This document shows positions 35,212 to 42,887 of a stretch of 64,000 nt of DNA, in pieces. The notes under the pieces are model-generated. The model was not told where the DNA came from, did not search any database, and saw only the letters and a list, made by a program, of their open reading frames with translations. The position numbers and the translations under genes are program-made. Position 1 is the first letter of the stretch, and every line of letters begins with the position of its first letter. The DNA is from an uncultured Coriobacteriia bacterium (GTDB lineage: Bacteria; Actinomycetota; Coriobacteriia; Coriobacteriales; QAMH01), in contig CABRZR010000006.1 in the NCBI GenBank assembly GCA_902475535.1, positions 22,720 through 86,719 of the forward strand. The letters are read 5' to 3'.

Positions 35212-36609
35212 CTACAGAAAGCCAAGTCCTCTCATGAGCATGACGCTGGCGATGAGAAGGGCTGCGGTGATGACCGCATAGGGCCCGTTCCACTTGAGAC
35301 TCGCCTCCATGGGAGATGCCTGCACCATGTCCGCAACGGCGATGACATTTGCCGAGGCGGGGCAGATCGTATTGCCCAACGCCCAGCTCATCGACAGGAC
35401 AAGCGCAAGGTACGCAGCCGATATTCCGCACAGCGCAGGGTCAATGGCACCTCCTATGACGGCCGTTGCCACGATGGGATGAATCCCCGCCGCACAGGTA
35501 AGCAAGACGATGATGACGATGGCCGTCGTCAGAAGCAGCACGCTTTGACCGGTGGTGAGCACGAGGGCTTGCGCGATGACATCCCCGATGCCCGAATATC
35601 CGATGCTCTGGGCGAGCATGCCCGCTCCCGCGAAGAGGACGATCTGGTTCTTGGCACCGGGAAGCTTCTTCTCGAAATACGCGTTCTTGAGCTCCTTGCG
35701 ATATAGGGAAAACCGCCTGATGAAGAGCATCCAGACAAAGGGCCACACCAGCGATGCCATGGCGACGACGATGATGGCCGAAAGGCCGAACAGTTGGGAA
35801 ACCAGGGCGATGAAGACTATGAGGAGCACGGAGAAGACGGCGAGCTCCGCCACCTTTGCCTTGTCGATGCTTCCGGGGGCATCCTTGGATGCACTCGCGC
35901 CATCGTCCATCGCGGAAGCCTTCCCACCCAGCTTGCGCGAGAGCACCGTCATCAGGATGCCGACGCCCTCTGCGACAAGAGCGCAAACGATTGCGCAGGG
36001 GGCAAAGCTCACCCACTCTGCGCTTGTCACCGAAACGACCAGAGCGATGGTCGCCGACGTGGGCGCCCATATCATGCACGTGACGAACCCGCGCGCAAGG
36101 GCCGTCCCCAGGAGCCTCTTGTTGGCTCCCAGACGGCTTTCACGCGACATCTCGAACGTAAGCGGTACGGCGGCGATGCTTATGAGCGCACCGGCTACAG
36201 CCGCCATGCCGCTTACGAGCGAATAGTATCGTCCCTCCGAGTTGGCATATCGCGCAAACAGGCTCCTCAGCGATTCGTTATAGCCCCCATGTTGGACGGG
36301 TATGCCAATAAGCGGAATCAGGATGAACATGACGATGAGGTCGGCGTTCTTGCGAAGCGCACGCACCCATTCCTCGACCGGTGCCTGGGCATACAGCAGC
36401 AACCCGACGCTTATGACAATGAGGACGATGCCGATGAGCCGTGACGATCCCGTCGAGACGAAAATGCTCATCACGAGCACCACGACCATGAGGACAGCGT
36501 TCACGTCATCGAGCAGCGGAGCATGCAGAAAGACGTTGATGATGTAGCACACGGCGAAGCACAGGGTGATGACGCTACGCGTGGTACGTATGGCAACGGG
36601 CTCTTTCAT
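35212..36609 (-). CDS. Polytopic permease of unknown specificity (two-repeat ion-transporter-superfamily-like architecture)
   Basis: 465-aa ORF behind the RBS AAGGGAGAGGG. It has about 12 hydrophobic helices split by a central hydrophilic loop (LGGKASAMDDGASASKDAPGSIDKAK). I recognise no named motif. Confidence 0.6.
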   Translation of the reverse strand: MKEPVAIRTTRSVITLCFAVCYIINVFLHAPLLDDVNAVLMVVVLVMSIFVSTGSSRLIGIVLIVISVGLLLYAQAPVEEWVRALRKNADLIVMFILIPLIGIPVQHGGYNESLRSLFARYANSEGRYYSLVSGMAAVAGALISIAAVPLTFEMSRESRLGANKRLLGTALARGFVTCMIWAPTSATIALVVSVTSAEWVSFAPCAIVCALVAEGVGILMTVLSRKLGGKASAMDDGASASKDAPGSIDKAKVAELAVFSVLLIVFIALVSQLFGLSAIIVVAMASLVWPFVWMLFIRRFSLYRKELKNAYFEKKLPGAKNQIVLFAGAGMLAQSIGYSGIGDVIAQALVLTTGQSVLLLTTAIVIIVLLTCAAGIHPIVATAVIGGAIDPALCGISAAYLALVLSMSWALGNTICPASANVIAVADMVQASPMEASLKWNGPYAVITAALLIASVMLMRGLGFL

Positions 36610-36714
36610 CGGACCCTCTCCCTTTGAAAAGGCAAACGAGAACTGTAAGGGCGCAGGAGGACGTTTCCCCCTGCGCCCATATGACGGCGCGAGACGAACT
36701 AATCTGTGGCAGGG

Positions 36715-38034
36715 CTAGCTATTAACCGGTGTACCGTCCTTGCGGTAGTAGCGTTTCATGAGGAAGATCGCGACGAGAATCGAAACGACGTCAGCGGCGA
36801 TGATGAAGAAGGCAAGGGAGATCGCATTTCCCGTCCCGGCGATAATCGCGGTCGCAATGGCCGGGGCCATGCCGCCAAAAACCGCGGCCGCAAGGTTGTA
36901 GGCGAGACCGACGCCGCTGTTGCGCGTCTCGGTGGGATACACCTCGGATGCCGCCGTGGCCACCGCCACCGCGTTGAGTGACTGGAAGGGCAGCAGACAT
37001 GCCAGGGCGCAGATCATGATCAGCACGGCATGCCCGTTGATGACGGCCCAGAAGACCGGGTAGGCAAGTACGATGAATCCCAGGCACGCGATGATGACAG
37101 ACTTCCTGCGCCCGAACTTGTCCGCGAACATGCCCGCAAACGGGCAGAGGACCAAATATACAGCAACGACGGCGGTATTGACGATAAAGCCCTCGAGCAT
37201 GGTCCCGCCGACGAACTCCTTGATATAGGTAGGCAGGTAGGTCACCAACAGGTAGTAGGAGACGCTGGTGCCGGCAAGCAGGCCGATGTTGGTGATCATG
37301 GCGACCCAATGCTTCTTGAAGAGGACCTTGACGGGCGTGTGATCTTCCTCGGTGGCCTTCTTCTGCTCCTTCATCTTCTCGAACTCGGGAGGCTCGGGCA
37401 CGCTTTTGCGCAGGTAGACGCCATAGATGGCGACGACGATGCCGATGAGGAACGGAATGCGCCAACCCCAGGCGTAAAGATCGGGCTGGGATAGCACCGA
37501 CGTGCAAATCAGACCGGTGATCGATCCGATGAGCATGCCGACGCCGACACTGAACGGCTGCCAGCTGACGAGGAAGGAGGTGTTCTTGCCGTTGTTGAAC
37601 TCAGAGATGAACGTGAGGGCGGAACCGAACTCGCCGCCAGTCGCCAGGCCCTGCAGCAAGCGCAGGACCGTGAGCAGGATGGGTGCCATGATGCCAATCT
37701 GCTCATAGGTCGGCAGACATCCCATGAGCATGGTGCATATGCCTATCGCCATGATGGTGACGGTGAGCGACTTCACGCGCCCGTGCTTATCCGCGTAGGC
37801 TCCCATGATGAGGCCGCCAATGGGGCGCACGACAAAGCCGACGCCAAACACCATGAAACTCATGAGAATGCCGACAACGGGATCTTCGGACGTGAAGAAC
37901 TCCGCGGAAATGACAACCGCAAAGTAACCGTATAGGCCATAGTCGTACCATTCCAGGACGTTACCCAGGCATCCAGAGAGTATCGACTTGAAAAGCGATG
38001 CGTTCTTCTGGGCGGGTTGAACTTCTTTTGCCAT
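36715..38034 (-). CDS. MFS transporter, metabolite:H+ symporter (MHS)-like
   Basis: The ORF was trimmed to the ATG at 38032-38034, after AAAGGGGAG, giving 439 aa. LEWYDYGLYGYFAVVIS resembles the EW(Y/F)DF..YG motif of MHS carriers (ProP/KgtP/ShiA type). Confidence 0.75.
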   Translation of the reverse strand: MAKEVQPAQKNASLFKSILSGCLGNVLEWYDYGLYGYFAVVISAEFFTSEDPVVGILMSFMVFGVGFVVRPIGGLIMGAYADKHGRVKSLTVTIMAIGICTMLMGCLPTYEQIGIMAPILLTVLRLLQGLATGGEFGSALTFISEFNNGKNTSFLVSWQPFSVGVGMLIGSITGLICTSVLSQPDLYAWGWRIPFLIGIVVAIYGVYLRKSVPEPPEFEKMKEQKKATEEDHTPVKVLFKKHWVAMITNIGLLAGTSVSYYLLVTYLPTYIKEFVGGTMLEGFIVNTAVVAVYLVLCPFAGMFADKFGRRKSVIIACLGFIVLAYPVFWAVINGHAVLIMICALACLLPFQSLNAVAVATAASEVYPTETRNSGVGLAYNLAAAVFGGMAPAIATAIIAGTGNAISLAFFIIAADVVSILVAIFLMKRYYRKDGTPVNS

Positions 38035-38227
38035 GCGTGCTCCCCTTTCGTAAAGACCTCCATGCGCCCCAAAACAAACTGCTCCATGTGCGGGAGTCCG
38101 ATATCGCGAGGCGCCTTCCCATCTGCATCTACGCCCGTGCAAAGCATTGCGATCGACACGATCGGGTTACGGGAAGATGCATGTATCCCATCTAAGGGAA
38201 ATGGTATGGCCGGCAGGAAACGGCGCT

Positions 38228-38249
38228 CAATAACGCACAAATAAGTTAG
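38228..38249 (-). promoter_or_regulatory. Cluster motif copy S2 (CAATAACGCACAAATAAGTTAG) with adjacent perfect palindrome CTTACCAAAAGGTAAG (38252-38267)
   Basis: It shares CAATAACGCAC with S1. In gene orientation it reads CTAACTTATTTGTGCGTTATTG, with a TAAC-N10-GTTA dyad. It lies between the ene-reductase stop (38333) and the MHS start (38034). Confidence 0.5.
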
Positions 38250-38332
38250 TCCTTACCAAAAGGTAAGATATGGAGGGGAAAGGCTCCCCGCCTCGAGCAA
38301 GACGAGAAGTCCTCGAGCAGTGGATCAAGCGA

Positions 38333-40393
38333 CTAAATCCGGCATGCAGCCTCTCTGCCATCGATGATGGCGTGCTTGACGAACGCGTTATCGCCTCCCA
38401 GCGTGGAGCCAATCTCCACGACCTCGACACCCGCGTTCCTGAGCTCATCGCAAAACGCGGCATCGCGCTTCTCGGGAAGCATGACGAGAACGCTGTCGCA
38501 GCCAAAGGTGCGCTCCCTGCCATCCACCTCCGCAATGACGAGACCCTTGCGGATCTCCTTGCATGTGGCATTGCGCACGACCTCGACGCCGTTTTCCTCG
38601 AACCAGGGCTCCAAGCGCACCTTGTAGGGCACGGGAACCAATCCGCCGATGTCATCGTCTTCCGAGAGCAGCGTGACGTCCTTTCCGCAGTGGGCCATGA
38701 ACGTTGCGCACTGCGCGCCCTCGGCACCGGCACCCAAAACGACTATCTTCTTGCCCACGGGCATGAAATGCCTGCTCGCCTTGTGTATGAACTCGGGACT
38801 GAAGAGCTTGAGCGGGAGTTTCGCGAGCTTCGAAAGCCCGGGGATGGTGTACACGTTGCTGCCGTCGATACCGGGAATGTCGGGAATCAGATATGGCGAG
38901 CTGTTGGCGAGCATGACCACATCGGGTTTTTCTCGCCTGACGAGCTCTGCCGAGACCTCCTCGTTGAGATGCACCCGCACGTCGTACTTGCCCACCATGG
39001 TGGTGAGGTAATCGTAGATGGGCATGATGTCCTCGACCTTGTTGCCCTTGATCATCGATGCCAGCTTGAGCCTGCCACCCAGCTCGCCGGACCTCTCGTA
39101 CAAGTCCACGTCATGACCGCGAGCCGCCGCGTCAATGGCCGCCTGCATGCCAGCAGGACCTCCGCCGATGACCATTACCTTCTTCCTTGTCTCAGCGGGC
39201 TTGAGCTCGAGCTCCTTCTCGCGCCCGAGCGCGGGATTCACGCGGCAGATACGCGGTGAGACGAGCGGGTCCTGACACGACCCGCAGCGATTGCACCGGC
39301 GAATCTCGTCGATGCGTTCCTCCTTCACCTTGTTGGGAAACTCGGGGTCTGCCCATAGATAGCGGCCAAAGCCGATGATATCGGCATAGCCTTCCTCGAG
39401 CGCGCGCTCGCCCTTGACCTCGTCCATACGACCGACGCACACGACAGGCACCTTGACGGCATCGTGGATGTACTTTGCCGCCGGAAGCAGCAGTCCCATG
39501 TCCTCGTAGTCCTTCATGTAAGGACGCATGTGGGGCTCGGGGTCGGGATACGGAAAGTAATCCGGAATGAAGCGGAACGGAAGCTCGCCATAACCATATC
39601 CGGTCACGCTGATGTATTGGTATCCAATCATCTCGAGCGCTATGGCGGTGTCGCGCGCCATGTCGGGCGTGATACCGTTATTTCCCGTCAAGGGCGAGAA
39701 CTCGATGCCGTTGATGCGCGTGCCGATGAGAAAGTCGGGACCGCATGCCTGCCGAATCATCTGGTAGAGCTCTGCCATGACACGCGTGCGATTGGCCACG
39801 TTCTCGAAGGCATACTCGTCATCGCGCTTGTTCCATATGGGGCTGAGGAAGCTGTTGAGCAGGTATCCATGTGCGGCATGCACCTCGACACCGTCAAATC
39901 CGGCCTTCTTCATGCGCACGGCGCCCTCGACGATGAGCTTCTCCTTCTCGTGAATCTCCTCGACCGAGAGCCCGCGTGTCGCGCGCCCCTCGGGTTCGGG
40001 AATGGGAAGGTCCTCGGTCTCAATTGTCGACGAGCTGAAGGGTCGCCCTTCGCCGAGCACGGCCGCGGAAGGCCCACCATGGTGGAGCTGGCCTATGATA
40101 TAGCTGTCATGGCGATGCACGGCCTCCGCGAGCTCGGTCAAGCCCGGGATGAACTTGTCATCCCAGACGTTGCAGTAGCGCCCGGGCATGTCATCCCACA
40201 TAACGCCGCCGATGACCACGGCCGCCGCGCCGCCTGCGGCGATGCTCTCGTACAAACCGATTGCCGCGCTTCCATCGGCGGTGCCGTCATCGTTCCAGCG
40301 AAACGTTGACTGGCCCGTCTTCATGATGCGGTTCTTGAAGATAATCTTCGGCGTGATCTCCAGCGGAGACATAAGTTTTTCGAAGCCACCCAT
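38333..40393 (-). CDS. FadH/OYE-type Fe-S flavoenzyme (NADH:flavin oxidoreductase / enoate-reductase family), paralog A
   Basis: 686-aa ORF. The OYE TIM-barrel signature is HAAHGYLLNSFLSPIWNKRDDEY. The Cys cluster is CNRCGSCQDPLVSPRIC. Two dinucleotide folds are present (VMVIGGGPAGMQAA and VVLGAGAEGAQCA). Confidence 0.88.
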   Translation of the reverse strand: MGGFEKLMSPLEITPKIIFKNRIMKTGQSTFRWNDDGTADGSAAIGLYESIAAGGAAAVVIGGVMWDDMPGRYCNVWDDKFIPGLTELAEAVHRHDSYIIGQLHHGGPSAAVLGEGRPFSSSTIETEDLPIPEPEGRATRGLSVEEIHEKEKLIVEGAVRMKKAGFDGVEVHAAHGYLLNSFLSPIWNKRDDEYAFENVANRTRVMAELYQMIRQACGPDFLIGTRINGIEFSPLTGNNGITPDMARDTAIALEMIGYQYISVTGYGYGELPFRFIPDYFPYPDPEPHMRPYMKDYEDMGLLLPAAKYIHDAVKVPVVCVGRMDEVKGERALEEGYADIIGFGRYLWADPEFPNKVKEERIDEIRRCNRCGSCQDPLVSPRICRVNPALGREKELELKPAETRKKVMVIGGGPAGMQAAIDAAARGHDVDLYERSGELGGRLKLASMIKGNKVEDIMPIYDYLTTMVGKYDVRVHLNEEVSAELVRREKPDVVMLANSSPYLIPDIPGIDGSNVYTIPGLSKLAKLPLKLFSPEFIHKASRHFMPVGKKIVVLGAGAEGAQCATFMAHCGKDVTLLSEDDDIGGLVPVPYKVRLEPWFEENGVEVVRNATCKEIRKGLVIAEVDGRERTFGCDSVLVMLPEKRDAAFCDELRNAGVEVVEIGSTLGGDNAFVKHAIIDGREAACRI

Positions 40394-40413
40394 GGATTGA
40401 TTCCTCCAATGTC

Positions 40414-41160
40414 CTAGAACAGCGTGAAGCCGCCATCCTCAACCAAGGTCTCGCCGGTAACGTAGGAAGCGTCGTCACTTGCCAGGAACAGCGCGACGTT
40501 TGCGGCCTCCTCGGGAGCGCCATAGCGGCCCATGGGAATGTTGGCGAGAAACTGCGCGTTGCGCTCGGGGTCATTCCTCGTGCCCTCGGTAATGCGCGTC
40601 ATGCTCGTGCCCGGCCCGAAGGCATTGACGCGGATTCCATGTTCGGCAAGCTCCAAGGCGAGCCATTTGGTCAGCTGGGACACACCCGCCTTGCTGGCGG
40701 CGTACGCGCCGGTGTTCTTGGAGACCGTGCGCGACGTGCATGAGCTCGTGTTGACGATGGCACCCTTGATTCCGCGTTCGATCATCGACTTCGCCACGGC
40801 CTGGTCCATCCAAAAGCATCCATTGAGGTTGATGTCGATGACGCGCCGCCATTCCTCCTCGGTCGTGCTCTGCACGCTCCCGCGTTTGATGATGCCCGCG
40901 TTGCTGAAAAGGATGTCGATATGCCCGTATGCCTCGAGCACCTCGTCTACCACCTTGTTGCACATGGCGTAATCGGCAACGTCGAGGGGATAGATCGTGA
41001 TGTTCTCGTTGCCCTCGAATTCGCGTACCAACGTGTCACCCTCGATATCGAGCGCCGCAACCTTGGCACCCTCTTCGAGAAGGCGGCAGACAATGCAATG
41101 GCCAATGCCGTTTGCCGCGCCCGTCACCACGGCCACTTTATCCTCGAACCTCTTGCCCAT
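40414..41160 (-). CDS. Short-chain dehydrogenase/reductase (248 aa)
   Basis: Motifs AVVTGAANGIG, SNAG and catalytic YAASKAG. It lies 20 nt upstream of ene-reductase A and 24 nt downstream of the HxlR gene. Confidence 0.88.
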   Translation of the reverse strand: MGKRFEDKVAVVTGAANGIGHCIVCRLLEEGAKVAALDIEGDTLVREFEGNENITIYPLDVADYAMCNKVVDEVLEAYGHIDILFSNAGIIKRGSVQSTTEEEWRRVIDINLNGCFWMDQAVAKSMIERGIKGAIVNTSSCTSRTVSKNTGAYAASKAGVSQLTKWLALELAEHGIRVNAFGPGTSMTRITEGTRNDPERNAQFLANIPMGRYGAPEEAANVALFLASDDASYVTGETLVEDGGFTLF

Positions 41161-41184
41161 CGTTTCTCCTTACCTTTAGCTGGT

Positions 41185-41676
41185 CTATTCTTCTGCCTCG
41201 TCCTCGTCACACGCGGTGTCGAAGTACCAGACAATGTGCTCGCGCGTCTTATCGATCTTGCCGTCCTCACCCCCGGTGCCGTATTCGAGCTTCCCATCGT
41301 TGAGGGAGCCCTTCGTTTGCTTGAGTGCCTCAACCGAGAAGTTGCGGTGCACGACGCCCCAATCGCGAATGAGATACAGGAGGTTTGCCATGCTGATGCC
41401 GTCTGGCGTGAGGAGATAGTCGACCCACAGGGGCTTGTCTTCGACCACGACACGTTCGAGCATGCCCGTCTCCTCGAGCTCGTTGAGATGCTGCGAGAAC
41501 ATCTTGTCCGATATCTTGTACGGGATGATTTTCTTGAGCTCGCCGTAGCGCGCACGTTGATGAGGTTGCAAGCTCAGGTACCAGATGATGAACGGCTTCC
41601 ACTTGCCACCCAAGATCTTTGTGAGGACCTGCGTAAGCATGCATGAGGTTAACCTGTCGATACTGTTAGGATCCAT
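41185..41676 (-). CDS. HxlR-family winged-helix transcriptional regulator with an approximately 60-aa C-terminal extension
   Basis: The ORF was trimmed to the ATG at 41674-41676, 8 nt after GGGAGG. The HxlR signature is LGGKWKPFIIWYL...RYGELKKIIPYKISDKMFSQHLNELEETGMLERV. It is the first gene of the HxlR-SDR-ene-reductase run. Confidence 0.85.
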   Translation of the reverse strand: MDPNSIDRLTSCMLTQVLTKILGGKWKPFIIWYLSLQPHQRARYGELKKIIPYKISDKMFSQHLNELEETGMLERVVVEDKPLWVDYLLTPDGISMANLLYLIRDWGVVHRNFSVEALKQTKGSLNDGKLEYGTGGEDGKIDKTREHIVWYFDTACDEDEAEE

Positions 41677-41947
41677 CACAATCGCCTCCCGAGCCACGCC
41701 ATTACCTCGACCGGCCTCTGGTCAAAGACACTCACGGAATCCCTGCGCAATAGAGATGCAAGGAGATTATTATTGCCCCCCCCTGAAAGCAATCACAGAG
41801 CCAGGGGGTTTGTGGTAGATACAGGACCGAAGATATGTCCTCATCGACGCCTGCCCTTCCCCGTCTATAACGACATGGGGCCGGACTCGTCGAGCCCGGC
41901 CCAAACCACCACACTTCAAGCTAGGTTCGCTATCTGGCAATGGCAAG

Positions 41948-42643
41948 CTAGAGTATGTCGTGTACCTCGGTAAGATACGTGTTAATCGCACCGATGAACT
42001 CGCTGCCGTGCTGCGACGTCCTCTTGAACTCGGGAGAGTCGTAGCATTCGTTGAAGGCATCCATGTTCTCGAACCAGAACTCGACGACGCCCTCGACAGG
42101 AAGCTCGTCATAATGGACGGAAACGCCGTTGACGATGCGATCGATCACGAGATTCTGCGCATAGCCAACGTAACCCGGCATGGTGTGCACCATTTCGGTG
42201 TGAACGTCCCACCACTGGTACATCCACTCCTCGGCGCTCACGCCCTCGGCTCGACCCATGAACGACACGCGCTTGATAAGCGGCTTGTCGCCATTCAACA
42301 AGTATTTGGGAGTGTGTTTCACGAACTTCTTCACGCAAACGAGAATGGGATTATGCGGGTCGGCGAACTTCGGAACGTCATCGGCACCCTTGCCGTCTAA
42401 CGACATGACGCCCTCGACCATGTCGCCATAGCTATCAAACTGCAGCTCGGAATAGCCATCGATGATGATGGGACCCTGGCCCAAGGGATGACGATGCTCG
42501 TTGTCGCATACCGCGTGCTGAGAGTAATGGCGCAGGTTCTTCATCTCCGCGGCGATGGGACCATGGACGTTGAGCCAGTAATCCTTGAATTCTTCCTGCG
42601 TCGTGCCCTCTTTGCGCTTCAAGAGACCCATTCTGCTAATCAT
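41948..42643 (-). CDS. Tandem EthD-domain protein (paralog 3 of 3)
   Basis: 231-aa ORF. The N-terminus MISRMGLLKRKEGTTQEEFKDYWLNVHGPIAAEMKNLRHYSQHAV closely follows the EthD-family consensus as I recall it. A second EthD-like half follows. It is divergent from ene-reductase B. Confidence 0.7.
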   Translation of the reverse strand: MISRMGLLKRKEGTTQEEFKDYWLNVHGPIAAEMKNLRHYSQHAVCDNEHRHPLGQGPIIIDGYSELQFDSYGDMVEGVMSLDGKGADDVPKFADPHNPILVCVKKFVKHTPKYLLNGDKPLIKRVSFMGRAEGVSAEEWMYQWWDVHTEMVHTMPGYVGYAQNLVIDRIVNGVSVHYDELPVEGVVEFWFENMDAFNECYDSPEFKRTSQHGSEFIGAINTYLTEVHDIL

Positions 42644-42719
42644 GTGTGACCACTCTCCTTAGACACCTTCATGTAGTCCTGCCTTCTTCCAAGATTCTAG
42701 AAACGGGATTACGCCGAAA

Positions 42720-42741
42720 CAATTACGCACTTAAAAGTAAG
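42720..42741 (-). promoter_or_regulatory. Cluster motif copy S3 (CAATTACGCACTTAAAAGTAAG)
   Basis: It lies about 80 nt upstream of the EthD paralog-3 start. In gene orientation it reads CTTACTTTTAAGTGCGTAATTG, with a TTAC-N10-GTAA dyad. Confidence 0.55.
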
Positions 42742-42791
42742 AGGAGACATGGGAAGTCCCCCGTCATCTCATCGAAGGCTGCGTAGAAGCG

Positions 42792-42813
42792 CTAACAATA
42801 AAGTGCGTACTTG
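42792..42813 (+). promoter_or_regulatory. Cluster motif copy S4 (CTAACAATAAAGTGCGTACTTG), oriented toward ene-reductase B
   Basis: It is inverted relative to S3, 50 bp away, and about 75 nt upstream of ATG 42888. Its orientation relative to the downstream gene is the same as for S1-S3. Confidence 0.5.
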
Positions 42814-42887
42814 GAATGCCCCTATCACGCTCCCTATGATGACAGCCGCACGAACGCATAGTCCCGTGTTGGCCGTCGAAAGAGGAT

